Shown here: piece after piece, positions 9,488 through 19,030 of the stretch | Numbering within the stretch: the first letter of the stretch is position 1 | Layout of the letters: each line of letters begins with the position of its first letter | Assembly: GCA_039714575.1 (NCBI GenBank) | Contig: JBDLJE010000003.1 | Span: 294 to 64,293 of the forward strand | Direction: 5' to 3' | DNA: 64,000 nucleotides | From: Campylobacterota bacterium | Lineage (GTDB): Bacteria > Campylobacterota > Campylobacteria > Campylobacterales > Sulfurimonadaceae | Notes under the pieces: model-generated | Databases searched by the model: none | The model's input: only the letters and a program-made list of their open reading frames with translations | What the model was told of the DNA's origin: nothing | Program-made: the position numbers and the translations under genes

Positions 9488-10722
9488 AAAATATTGTCAA
9501 GATCGCCTTTCGTAACTTGGTACGCAGTGGCCGCCGCAGTATCTTAACGGCCTCATTGATCACGGTCGGTGTCATGTTCGTACTTATCTATGCCTCGCTG
9601 GCCGGCAGCTTTAAAGCCTACATGGTCGGGCAGGTCACGGACTCGATGTTAGGACATATACAGATACACCGAAAAGGGTATGTGGCCTCTGTCGACAATC
9701 TGCCGCTGGACAAAAACCTTAACCAAAAACAGCTCGCAAAAGTCACTGAACTGCTTGATGAAAACCCCTATATAGAGAGCTATACGTTTCGTCTGAAACT
9801 AGGAGCCATGTTCTCCAACTATGTCGCTTCGACGAGCTTGAGGCTTACCGGAATCGACCCTGAAAACGAGGCGGCAACCTTGCCTCTCTTTGCCTCACGT
9901 GTTCAAGGCAGCAGTGCCGGAGCGCTGCAGGAGGGGAGCATCTTTGTTCCGGAACTGGTGGCCAAGGGGATGAAAGTGGCCAAAGACGACACCATTGTAC
10001 TGGTTGCTACCAACCTCAAAGGCTCGGTCAACGGGCTTAACTTCAAGGTTGCCGGTATGGTCGAACCGATCTCGGGGCCGGGCGGACGTGACGGTTACAT
10101 CCATATCAACGATGTCAAGAAACTGCTGCGGCTCAACCAGGCTGAGGTGAGCGAAGTGGTGATCCGTCTGAAAGATGTCGCCAACCTGGAAAAAGCGATG
10201 AAGAGTCTGCAGCCGCTGCGCGAGATAAAAAACCAGAAAGATAAGCCGGTTTTTGAACTGCATTCGTGGAAAAAGCTCAGCCCTTTTTACAACATCGTCA
10301 AGATGCTTGACCTTATGGACATCTCCATCAAGATCATTCTGATCTCTATCGTACTTATATCGATCTTGAACGTAATGGTCATGAGTGTCTATGAACGTAT
10401 TAAAGAGATAGGTACGATCGCAGCGATGGGAACCTCTCCGGCGACCATTACCAAGCTCTTTTTGACCGAGGGGTTGATGCTGGGTGTTTTTGGAACGGTT
10501 GTGGGGAGTGTTCTCTCCTGGATCATCGTCATTATCGTCAACACTATAGGTATCAGCTACTCGTTTGGACGACAGAGTGACCTGGTGCTTAACCCTGTAC
10601 TGCATCTTAACGAGGTGCTGCTCATCAGCGGAATCGTCATCTTGATCTCCCTTATCGCCTCGATCTCACCAGCGATGAAAGCGGCCAATCTCAACCCCGT
10701 CGACGCACTTCGACAAAACTAG
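9484..10722 (+). CDS. ABC transporter permease, FtsX/LolCE-like
   Basis: It overlaps the ATPase gene by 4 nt. An N-terminal TM is followed by a large periplasmic loop and a C-terminal 3-TM FtsX-type bundle (ERIKEIGTIAAMG). Confidence 0.85.
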   Translation: MKNIVKIAFRNLVRSGRRSILTASLITVGVMFVLIYASLAGSFKAYMVGQVTDSMLGHIQIHRKGYVASVDNLPLDKNLNQKQLAKVTELLDENPYIESYTFRLKLGAMFSNYVASTSLRLTGIDPENEAATLPLFASRVQGSSAGALQEGSIFVPELVAKGMKVAKDDTIVLVATNLKGSVNGLNFKVAGMVEPISGPGGRDGYIHINDVKKLLRLNQAEVSEVVIRLKDVANLEKAMKSLQPLREIKNQKDKPVFELHSWKKLSPFYNIVKMLDLMDISIKIILISIVLISILNVMVMSVYERIKEIGTIAAMGTSPATITKLFLTEGLMLGVFGTVVGSVLSWIIVIIVNTIGISYSFGRQSDLVLNPVLHLNEVLLISGIVILISLIASISPAMKAANLNPVDALRQN

Positions 10723-10731
10723 GAGTCAGCA

Positions 10732-11445
10732 ATGAAAACAGCAGTAATGATCTTGGCGCTGGGTGTGTCACTTTTGGCAGATAACATCTTGGAACAGATC
10801 GACCGTAACCTCACCCCGGTCTCCGCGCAGATGTATAAAAAACTGATCAACATCGAACCCGACGGCAGTAAAAAGGAGTTCCTTATCTTCCAGGCCAAAA
10901 AAGACAGAGACAAGATGATCTCGCTCTTTTTGGAACCTGACAGCGAGAAGGGACGGGCAACACTGCGTCTGGGTGAGAACATGTGGCTCTACATACCCAA
11001 TGTAGGACGGCCGCTTCGCATCACCTCGATGCAGTCTGTGGTCGGCGGAGTCTTTAACAATGCCGACATCATGCGCCTTGACTTTACGACCGAATATGAT
11101 GTGGCAAAAAATGATAAGAGTGAAGCGGGCTATACTCTGGAGCTAAAAGCTAAGAACGATACCGTCTCTTACGACAGACTGGTGATGCAGGTCGACGGCA
11201 AGAGCATGACACCGATAAGTATAGAGTGTTACACCTCAACGGGAATGTTGATCAAAACACTCTACTATAAAAAACTTCAGGACTTCGGCGACAAGATCGT
11301 CAGGCCGGCAGTGGTAGAGACCGTCTCCCCGATGTACAAAGGCTACAAGTCCATTATGATCTACGGCAAGATCACCCCGAAAAGTTTTGCTGATGAAGCG
11401 TTTACACTGGATAACCTGTCCAAAGCATCTGACCTGAGACGTTAA
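10732..11445 (+). CDS. Outer-membrane lipoprotein-sorting (LolA-like) periplasmic protein
   Basis: It has a signal peptide (MKTAVMILALGVSLLA). The stretch FLEPDSEKGRATLRLGENMWLYIPNVGRPLRI resembles the LolA-like family that usually sits next to FtsX permeases. Confidence 0.6.
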   Translation: MKTAVMILALGVSLLADNILEQIDRNLTPVSAQMYKKLINIEPDGSKKEFLIFQAKKDRDKMISLFLEPDSEKGRATLRLGENMWLYIPNVGRPLRITSMQSVVGGVFNNADIMRLDFTTEYDVAKNDKSEAGYTLELKAKNDTVSYDRLVMQVDGKSMTPISIECYTSTGMLIKTLYYKKLQDFGDKIVRPAVVETVSPMYKGYKSIMIYGKITPKSFADEAFTLDNLSKASDLRR

Positions 11446-11458
11446 GGTATATTAACTT

Positions 11459-12622
11459 ATGAAAACAACGCCCCTTCTGCTACTGTTGATCTCATCATTT
11501 CTACTCGGTGACGAGTATGATTTTGATATGGACGCAATAGAGTCGATAGAGCCGAAGTCTTACGAGTACAACGGCTATCTGCGGGTCGATGACCGTTTCC
11601 AGCGTCTGAATACCGAGTCACCTCTCTACATTCAAAGCGGTGACGACCGCCGTTACCAGAACAATGTACATCTTGAAGGGCTGTTTGAGTTCACCTACTT
11701 TTATGAGATGTTCACCTTTAAGACCTCGTTGATGGGAACGTATGATTATGTCTATGACACTATATCCGAAGACGACTACCCGGTAAACGAACTCTATGTA
11801 GACGCTAAAATAACAGATAACCATGCGCTCCTGGTTGGAAAAGAGAGCCTGAAGTGGGGAAAAGGGTACTACTTTAACCCGGTCGCTTTTTTTGACCGCC
11901 CCAAAGATCCTCAGCAGCCGACCGTTGCCAGAGAGGGGTTCAGCATCCTCAAGTACAGCTACAACAAAAGCTTTCAGGGTGCTCTGAAAAATGTCGCCTT
12001 TGACCTGGTCTACCTGAGAGCCGACGACAAGATCAACAAAGACTTCTACCACATAGCGACAGACTCTAAAATATCGAACAACATAGGTGCAAGGCTCTAC
12101 CTGCTGCTCTTTGATACGGACATCGACATTATCTATGACTATTCCGATGCGGTACATGACAAGATCGGTATTGACTTCTCCAAAAACCTGCAGACCAACT
12201 TTGAGGTCCACGGTGAATTTGCCAAAGAGATCAGTGGATACCACTCGTATCTTTTGGGTCTGCGGTACTTGACCGATTTTGAGCTGACCATTATCAGTGA
12301 GTATGTCTACCGCTCTAACGGCCTCAACGAAGAGGAGATCAAAGAGACAAATACCACTATCCCTTTTATCGCCAAAAACTATGCCATCACCTGGGTCTCA
12401 CAAAAAGAGCCGTTTGATCTTCTCTACGCCAGTCTCTATTTTAAAAACATGTTGAACCTGCAGGACCATAGCCATCAAGACAAACTCGGAGCGACTTACA
12501 GCTTTAGAAACAACATCGAGGTCGATCTCTCTTATAATATTAACAGCGGCAGTGACCTGAGTGAATTTGGGAAAAAGTCGGTGCAGGACTTTGTCTGGCT
12601 GAAGACGATGTGGCATTTTTAA
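11459..12622 (+). CDS. Putative outer-membrane beta-barrel protein
   Basis: It has a signal peptide, alternating aromatic/polar beta-strand-like segments, and a C-terminal aromatic residue (...TMWHF). It is the last gene of the ABC module. Confidence 0.5.
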   Translation: MKTTPLLLLLISSFLLGDEYDFDMDAIESIEPKSYEYNGYLRVDDRFQRLNTESPLYIQSGDDRRYQNNVHLEGLFEFTYFYEMFTFKTSLMGTYDYVYDTISEDDYPVNELYVDAKITDNHALLVGKESLKWGKGYYFNPVAFFDRPKDPQQPTVAREGFSILKYSYNKSFQGALKNVAFDLVYLRADDKINKDFYHIATDSKISNNIGARLYLLLFDTDIDIIYDYSDAVHDKIGIDFSKNLQTNFEVHGEFAKEISGYHSYLLGLRYLTDFELTIISEYVYRSNGLNEEEIKETNTTIPFIAKNYAITWVSQKEPFDLLYASLYFKNMLNLQDHSHQDKLGATYSFRNNIEVDLSYNINSGSDLSEFGKKSVQDFVWLKTMWHF

Positions 12623-12687
12623 GCGTTTGTAATGTGGCTGTGCCACTTGTAAGCTATACTTTCTAAAAAAATTTATGGAAAATATCG

Positions 12688-13095
12688 ATGAAAAAAAATG
12701 TACTTATTCTCTGTACGGGAAACAGCTGCCGCAGTATTATGGCCGAAGCGCTGATCAATGCCAGACTTGGTGATTGTGTAGAAGCCCAGAGCTCCGGTGT
12801 CAAAGCCAGCGGCAGGGTCAACCCGAATGCAGAGGCACTTTTAAAAGAGAAGGGTCTGTGGCGTGAGGATTATCACTCCAAGGTGATCGAGACAGTCATT
12901 GATACACCGTTTGACCTTGTAGTGACGGTTTGCGATCATGCGCATGAGACCTGTCCGACTTTTCCAAAAGTGGTCAAGACCATTCATATGGCCTTTGAAG
13001 ACCCATCCGGTAAAGCAGTCGAAGAGTATGCGATTACCTTGGACTTGATAGAAAAAGAGTTATTGCCTGTAGTTGAAAAAGAGCTTTGTAAATAA
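12688..13095 (+). CDS. arsC: Arsenate reductase / low-molecular-weight phosphotyrosine phosphatase family
   Basis: It has the P-loop CTGNSCRS at the N-terminus and downstream Cys residues (VCDHAHETCP) typical of thioredoxin-coupled ArsC. Confidence 0.75.
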   Translation: MKKNVLILCTGNSCRSIMAEALINARLGDCVEAQSSGVKASGRVNPNAEALLKEKGLWREDYHSKVIETVIDTPFDLVVTVCDHAHETCPTFPKVVKTIHMAFEDPSGKAVEEYAITLDLIEKELLPVVEKELCK

Positions 13096-13149
13096 GTTGG
13101 ACGAAGAAGAACGCTAAAAGCTCTTTAGGCAGTATGTTATAGTGTAAAG

Positions 13150-15135
13150 ATGAAATATCTATTATGTTTACTGCTTTTTACGACACTTATCGCTGAGGTA
13201 AAACAGGCTCCCAATGATCTAATCAATGAGAGCTCCCCCTATCTTCAACAACATGCCTATAATCCTGTTAAGTGGTACCCTTGGGGCACTAAGGCGTTTG
13301 AAAAAGCTAAAAAAGAGCATAAGCCCATCTTCCTCTCTATCGGTTACAGTACCTGCCATTGGTGTCATGTGATGGCACGTGAGTCGTTTGAGAGCGACGA
13401 GGTCGCAGCGCTGCTTAATCGTGACTACATTGCCATCAAAGTTGACCGTGAAGAGCTTCCTCATCTGGACAGTTATTATCAACAACTCCATTTAAAACTC
13501 AATAACCGTGCCGGCGGCTGGCCTCTGAGTGTCATCCTTGATGAAGAACGTAATCCATTTTTTATAGGAACCTATATTCCCCTGCACGATAACTATGGCA
13601 TCGATGGGATGATGACGCTGCTTCCGAAGGTGGCAAAAAGGTATAAAGATGACCCTGCTGGTGTTCAGAGAGAAGTCACAGTTGTTCAAAAGTTGATAGA
13701 TACAAAGGCTGCCGCGAAACCATACCAGAGAGAAAATTTTAATATTGATACTTTGATGCAGTCATACAGTAAACACTACGACTCAATCTATTTTGGTTTT
13801 TCCAAACATCGAAAGTTCCCGGAGGCCTCAAGGATTAGACTTCTGTTTGATCTAGCCACACTGGGTAAACCTGAGGCTAAAACAATGGCGGTAAATACAT
13901 TACGGACAATGGCACTGCATGGCTTATATGACCATATTGACGGTGGTTTTTTCCGTTACAGCACCGATGCTGCCTGGGAGATACCTCATTTTGAGAAGAT
14001 GTTATACAACCAGGCTGAACTCATCCCTCTTTATGCAGAAGCTTACCGCCAGACAAAAGAGCCGCTTTTCAGAGCTGTTGTTGATGAGACGATAGCCATG
14101 ACCTTACAGCGTTTTGGCAGAGATGGGCTCTTCTTTTCAGCATCTAATGCGGACACTGACCATGAAGAGGGGAAATATTTTCTTTTTACAGAAAAAGAGG
14201 TTAGCAATGCACTTAAAAACAATCCTTATAAAAAAGAGTTGGATGCGGCGATGGCGTATGATGGTTTTATGAACTTTGAGGGAAAACTGCATCTCAATTT
14301 TTATACGCAGAGGCGACCTGAAGGTTTTGATGTATTGCAAAGATCGTTGCAAAAGGTGAGAGAGGGACGTAGATATCCGTTTATTGACACAAAGATCATA
14401 ACTGCATGGAACGCTATGATGATAGAAGCACTCTACAGTGCGAAGACAGTTGACAAAAAATATATCACTGTTGCAAATGAACATCTTGATCAATTACTTA
14501 AACTGATGTATCCTAAAAACAGATTATTCCACCAGACTCTATATGGAAACAGACCTAAACAAGAGGGGTTGTTGGAAGATTATGCCTTTTTGATCTCTGC
14601 TTTGATCGCAGGGTATGAGGCTGATTATGATAAACAAAAACTTGCTCTGGCAAACCGTCTGACGGAGCAGGCGATCTTTCTCTTTTACAGAGAGGGTAGA
14701 TGGGTTCAGGCCGATGATGGACTTAACATCGATGTCGATCTGAATGACAAATACTACACCTCGAGTTATGGAAGGATGATGCAGAATCTTTTCAAACTTG
14801 CCGCTTTGAGTGAAAATTTTGGCCTTGAGAACATTGCCAAGCGTTCTTTAGAGATCAAGATGTCTGAGATCGAAGCGAAGCAGGACCTTGTTCCCTCCAG
14901 TGCGATTGCACTGTTGATGCAGGAGTATGGCGTTGTCATCCTTAAACATAAAAAAGAGAAACTGAATGCAAAGCAAAAAGAGATCTTCTCAATACGCTAT
15001 CCTTACTTAGTCACTAAGGTCAAAGAAGATGCTAATAACTTTTTAGCGTGTAAGGTTGACCGCTGTTTCGCTTACGATAAAGCATTAACCCAGGTGACTG
15101 AAAAAATAGAGGGGTTGGTACGCACTAGTCAATAA
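13150..15135 (+). CDS. Thioredoxin-domain (DUF255/YyaL-like) protein with an N-terminal signal peptide
   Basis: The N-terminal region reads [18 protein letters not shown]...[18 protein letters not shown], followed by a long alpha/alpha-toroid-like C-terminal region. It is 661 aa. Confidence 0.8.
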   Translation: MKYLLCLLLFTTLIAEVKQAPNDLINESSPYLQQHAYNPVKWYPWGTKAFEKAKKEHKPIFLSIGYSTCHWCHVMARESFESDEVAALLNRDYIAIKVDREELPHLDSYYQQLHLKLNNRAGGWPLSVILDEERNPFFIGTYIPLHDNYGIDGMMTLLPKVAKRYKDDPAGVQREVTVVQKLIDTKAAAKPYQRENFNIDTLMQSYSKHYDSIYFGFSKHRKFPEASRIRLLFDLATLGKPEAKTMAVNTLRTMALHGLYDHIDGGFFRYSTDAAWEIPHFEKMLYNQAELIPLYAEAYRQTKEPLFRAVVDETIAMTLQRFGRDGLFFSASNADTDHEEGKYFLFTEKEVSNALKNNPYKKELDAAMAYDGFMNFEGKLHLNFYTQRRPEGFDVLQRSLQKVREGRRYPFIDTKIITAWNAMMIEALYSAKTVDKKYITVANEHLDQLLKLMYPKNRLFHQTLYGNRPKQEGLLEDYAFLISALIAGYEADYDKQKLALANRLTEQAIFLFYREGRWVQADDGLNIDVDLNDKYYTSSYGRMMQNLFKLAALSENFGLENIAKRSLEIKMSEIEAKQDLVPSSAIALLMQEYGVVILKHKKEKLNAKQKEIFSIRYPYLVTKVKEDANNFLACKVDRCFAYDKALTQVTEKIEGLVRTSQ

Positions 15136-15754
15136 ACTCCACAACCTTGTCAAAAGGCAGTCGTAACTGTTTGGACTGTTTATTGGTCCTGTAGCCAAAC
15201 GGCAAGAGCATAGCCACTTGGTATTTGCTGGTGTCGAGTTCTAAGATCGTTTCGACTTGCTCTTTTGTAAACCCTTCTATAGGACAAGAGTCAATACCGA
15301 CAAAGGCAGCAGCCGTCATCATATTTCCTGCAGCGATGTATGTTTGTTTGGCTGTCCAGTCGTAAATGTTGTCATCGGAACTTAAGGTCGCTTGCAGATG
15401 ATCTGCATAAAGCTGCAGATAGAAGTCAAGGTTTTCTTGCGGCATCTCTCTTCGTGCAAACCTTTTTTCAGGAAGGCCGCTCTCGACTTTAACACTGTCA
15501 ATCCCCGCTAAAACAATAACCAGATGTGAACATGTCGTGATCTGCTCTTGATTCCAGCACGCCGGTTTCAGTTTTTCTTTTAGCGATTCATTGGTGATCA
15601 CCAGAAACTTCCATGCTTCCATACCAAAAGAAGATGGTGATTTTCGTCCCGTCTCTAAAATATAGCGCATCTCTTCGTCAGGTATTTTTTTAGTTGTATC
15701 AAATACCTTGCAGGCATGTCTAAAGTCCATTGCACTTAAAAATTCATTGTTCAT
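15125..15754 (-). CDS. NAD(P)H nitroreductase family oxidoreductase
   Basis: It is 209 aa, with RHACKVF...[27 protein letters not shown] typical of NfsB/RdxA-like nitroreductases. Confidence 0.75.
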   Translation of the reverse strand: MNNEFLSAMDFRHACKVFDTTKKIPDEEMRYILETGRKSPSSFGMEAWKFLVITNESLKEKLKPACWNQEQITTCSHLVIVLAGIDSVKVESGLPEKRFARREMPQENLDFYLQLYADHLQATLSSDDNIYDWTAKQTYIAAGNMMTAAAFVGIDSCPIEGFTKEQVETILELDTSKYQVAMLLPFGYRTNKQSKQLRLPFDKVVEFID

Positions 15755-15882
15755 TTTGCGCCCTTTTATAATTATCGATTATTTTAAGGATACTACCTTT
15801 AAAAAAATAATCAAATGTGACAAAAAAGGAGCTGTTTGATTTTATTCATGATCTATATACCAGACTAAACAAGTAAGGATGC

Positions 15883-15911
15883 TTGACTTTGAGAGTGGAT
15901 AGCTATATTAT
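15883..15911 (+). promoter_or_regulatory. Sigma70-like promoter for the DUF4395-Rrf2 operon
   Basis: TTGACT (15883-15888) is followed by a 17-nt spacer and TATTAT (15906-15911), about 45 nt upstream of the ATG at 15957. Confidence 0.4.
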
Positions 15912-15956
15912 TTCATAAAACTATTAGATAATATAATTTTATGTCAAGGAATAATT

Positions 15957-16397
15957 ATGGCTCAATCCTGCCCGCTTGTGTTTCGTCAGATCGATGGGAC
16001 GATAGCACGACTGAACGCGCTTTCAGTGTTTCTGTTGTTGTCACTGTTCGTGTTTGTCCCTAGCCCGTTGATACTGCTTTTTTTAGGAGTTGACTTTATG
16101 GTCCGTCTTTATGGCAATAAAGATTTCAGCCCGATATTCCAAGTCTCAAAAGCATTGAAAAAGGTCTTTGGATTTAAAGAGGCGATGACGGATGCGGGTG
16201 CAAAACGTTTGGCGGCACATTTCGGACTTCTCTTTGTACTTCTTACACTGGCCGCTTACTTGGCAGGGTTAACGGTTGTGATGTACTCTGTGATAGCGAT
16301 CTTTCTTTTTTGTCTTGTACTCGAGTTGCTGTTTGCCTACTGCGTTGGATGCAAGATCTACTTTATCTACCGCCGATTTGTCCCGGAGCGTCTATAA
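15957..16397 (+). CDS. DUF4395-like small membrane protein
   Basis: It is 146 aa with four hydrophobic helices and a C-terminal CVGCKIY motif. Its stop overlaps the next start (TAATG). Confidence 0.6.
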   Translation: MAQSCPLVFRQIDGTIARLNALSVFLLLSLFVFVPSPLILLFLGVDFMVRLYGNKDFSPIFQVSKALKKVFGFKEAMTDAGAKRLAAHFGLLFVLLTLAAYLAGLTVVMYSVIAIFLFCLVLELLFAYCVGCKIYFIYRRFVPERL

Positions 16398-16801
16398 TGA
16401 CCGGCGTCTCAACACGGGGTATCTACGGATTGGCTGCGATGCATGTGCTTTCACATGCACCGCGTGAGCGTACGATGCAGATAAAAGAGATAGCAGCCAT
16501 GACACAGGTCTCACACTCCTACCTCGAACAACTTCTTTCGGCACTTCGCAAAGGCGGACTGGTAACGAGTATCCGTGGTGCCAACGGCGGGTATAAACTG
16601 GCCCATGCTGCTCATGAGATCACTGTTCTAGAGATCATTGAAGTACTCGAAGGCACGCTTTGTAAAAAAGAGGGGAATGTCGGTGCCAGTGTCATACTGG
16701 AATACTTCTGGGCAGATATACATGAAAAGGTCAAAGAACTTTTTATGTTAAAACTCTCAGAACTGGACCAGGCTTTTCAGCCTTATTACTACGATATATA
16801 A
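16397..16801 (+). CDS. Rrf2 family transcriptional regulator
   Basis: The internal ATG at 16397 gives MTGVSTRGIYGLAAMHVL...IKEIAAMTQVSHSYLEQLLSALRKGGLVTSIRGANGGYKLA, a winged-helix Rrf2 signature. The track ORF start at 16310 lies inside the upstream gene. Confidence 0.85.
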   Translation: MTGVSTRGIYGLAAMHVLSHAPRERTMQIKEIAAMTQVSHSYLEQLLSALRKGGLVTSIRGANGGYKLAHAAHEITVLEIIEVLEGTLCKKEGNVGASVILEYFWADIHEKVKELFMLKLSELDQAFQPYYYDI

Positions 16802-16896
16802 ACAAAAACGTATTTTTCAACCAATTGGCTTTCAATTTCAATTCCTATTTAGTTTTCTTATAGTAACTTAAGGCCATCAAGTATGAAAGTGAAGTT

Positions 16897-17451
16897 ATGA
16901 ATAATTCTGAAGCTGTTCTTCTCGCGCTGGCTATAGCAATATTAGCAGGACTGATATTCTACTCAATCTATCTGAAATACCGCAGTTCAAAAGTACAATC
17001 TGCATCGTCACAGGCAGAGTCCCTTAAAAACATGCTCGATGAATATGCTCAAAAAGTACAAGAAGATGAAGATACAATTGATGCGAAATTCAACACAGAG
17101 GGTATTGAGATCCCGACTAAAAAGTATCCGAAATACGACAATACGAGAGCCGTTAATGAGATGGGTCTGACACAAGAAGAGGCGGACAGTTTTGTCCATG
17201 ACCTTGTTGAGGCGATAGGATCAGAGATACCGCGTATAGAAGAGGCGATCATAGGGTCTGATTATAAGACAATCGAAGAGATCGTTCATACGATCACCGG
17301 TTCTTCTTCGACCCTTGGAACCGGAGGTATCTCATTGGCACTTATCAGTTTTTATACATCGGTCCAACATCGGGACACTTTTCAAAAACTGTATGTCCAT
17401 TTACAAAACGTAAAGTACTATCTGAATGAACTGAAAGATCAGGCAAAGTAG
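16897..17451 (+). CDS. Membrane-anchored protein with an HPt-like (histidine phosphotransfer) domain
   Basis: It has an N-terminal TM (AVLLALAIAILAGLIFYSIYL). The C-terminal four-helix-like region contains IVHTITGSSSTLGTGGISLAL, matching the HPt H-x-[LI]-x-G-S-[SA]-x-x-[LI]-G pattern. Confidence 0.5.
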   Translation: MNNSEAVLLALAIAILAGLIFYSIYLKYRSSKVQSASSQAESLKNMLDEYAQKVQEDEDTIDAKFNTEGIEIPTKKYPKYDNTRAVNEMGLTQEEADSFVHDLVEAIGSEIPRIEEAIIGSDYKTIEEIVHTITGSSSTLGTGGISLALISFYTSVQHRDTFQKLYVHLQNVKYYLNELKDQAK

Positions 17452-17629
17452 TCTAAATAGGGGTTTTTAACGGACAAATGGCATGATGTGCCCGTTCAGA
17501 CAGCTGTATTTAAATAAACATAAATATAAACAGTGTAAAATGTACTTTATAAGGGCATCTCCAATACCCCTGAAACATATATAAATTAGAAGATATAGAG
17601 CGTATCTACTTCCAAGAACAAGGCAAAAT

Positions 17630-19030
17630 GTGGCAAAAAAAAAGAGACAACTCGACCACGACGATTCACTTTTTGAACAATATGATTTTGATGATCTAAA
17701 AGAAGAACTTAACATCAATGCCCTGGCAAAACTGCAAGCCAGAGAGAACAAACCACCGACCGACAGCCTGTATTTTGACGTAAATGAGCAGAAGATCACG
17801 ACATTTTTTGCAGATAAACTCTCTACGGTCAAACAAGAGATTTATAAAAAAGTCGCATCTTATGACCATATGGCGATGCGCGTCAGTGACATCAGCACGA
17901 TCTTGGCTGAGGCTAAATATGCGAGTGAAGAGTTCATTCAGAACATCACGACCTTTCAAGAGGGGGCAAAACAGCGTATTAAAGATGTCAAGAATGAGTA
18001 TGATGTCCGTAAAAGGGATCTGGAGAAGTTCAAACATAAAAACAGTATTACCAGAGAAGCGTCATACCCGAACTCAAAGATACTTTATATCGGGATCATT
18101 ATGCTTATCTTGCTTAGTGAGACCTCATTAAACGCATACTTCTTTGCCAAAGGCAATGAACTTGGACTTATCGGCGGTGCGGCACAGGCACTGATCATCT
18201 CTCTGATCAACATCACGTTCGCATTTTTTCTTGGCGGGTACCTGGTCAAAAAGCTCAATCTGGTCAGAAAAGCACCTGTGCTGAAGTACGGTGTTCTTAC
18301 AGCTTTGATCGTCGGGTTTATCGCGATTCTCTTTTTTAACCTGCTTGTCGGCCATCTTCGTGTTCAGCTGGGTATCGACCCGGACAACGCCTATGTCAAT
18401 TCGATCATCACCTTTGCCCAAAGCCCTTTTGGTCTCAACGAGTTTGACTCCATCATCCTGGTACTGGTCGGACTTCTCTCGTTTTTGATCGCGTTTACCG
18501 ACTTTTACAAGATGGATGACGAGTACCCGCATTACGGCGATCTTGATCGCAAATATCAAGAGGCATTGATGGACTTTTCTGAACTTAAAGAGGAGCTTCT
18601 GCATGAGATCGAACGCAGTTCATCTTCTATCTTGAACAAACTTGAGACACGGCAGATGACCGCCAAGGTCATCATGCAGGAGTTGATGGAAGTGCCTATC
18701 TTCAGACAAAAACTGCAGGACCATTATAAAGAGTACTATCACTATCTCAACAACACCTATAATGCGATGTTAGGTCTCTATCGTGAGGTCAATAACGACA
18801 ATAGAACCGACGATGCTCCTGCCTACTTCAGAGAGCGTGCAGAGTTGAGTGAAGATCATGTTGTTGTGATCGTCGATGATACGTTCAAAAACGATCTTGT
18901 ACAGTACCAGACGGCCGTGTTGGAGCTGCCGCATATTATCGGTGAACAGAAGCTGAAGATCAACTCAACCCTTAAAGATGTCATAACTGCACTTGAAAAT
19001 GAGTCAGAAACGGATGAAAAAGATGGCTAA
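17630..19030 (+). CDS. Hypothetical 4-TM protein flanked by coiled-coil regions (gene A of the MotAB-like operon)
   Basis: It has a GTG start. About 150 aa of charged helical N-terminus is followed by four hydrophobic helices (ILYIGIIMLILL, AAQALIISLINITFAFFLGGYLV, YGVLTALIVGFIAILFFNLLVG, SIILVLVGLLSFLIAF) and then about 170 aa of helical C-terminus. Confidence 0.7.
   Translation: MAKKKRQLDHDDSLFEQYDFDDLKEELNINALAKLQARENKPPTDSLYFDVNEQKITTFFADKLSTVKQEIYKKVASYDHMAMRVSDISTILAEAKYASEEFIQNITTFQEGAKQRIKDVKNEYDVRKRDLEKFKHKNSITREASYPNSKILYIGIIMLILLSETSLNAYFFAKGNELGLIGGAAQALIISLINITFAFFLGGYLVKKLNLVRKAPVLKYGVLTALIVGFIAILFFNLLVGHLRVQLGIDPDNAYVNSIITFAQSPFGLNEFDSIILVLVGLLSFLIAFTDFYKMDDEYPHYGDLDRKYQEALMDFSELKEELLHEIERSSSSILNKLETRQMTAKVIMQELMEVPIFRQKLQDHYKEYYHYLNNTYNAMLGLYREVNNDNRTDDAPAYFRERAELSEDHVVVIVDDTFKNDLVQYQTAVLELPHIIGEQKLKINSTLKDVITALENESETDEKDG

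Noticed and set aside
9895-10605. A 236-aa minus-strand ORF
   Set aside because: It lies entirely inside the FtsX-like permease gene on the opposite strand and has an odd composition rich in D/H/R/V. It is a shadow ORF.
16310-16396. Upstream extension of the Rrf2 ORF
   Set aside because: These 29 codons lie inside the DUF4395 gene in another frame. The canonical Rrf2 N-terminus begins at the ATG at 16397, which overlaps the upstream stop.
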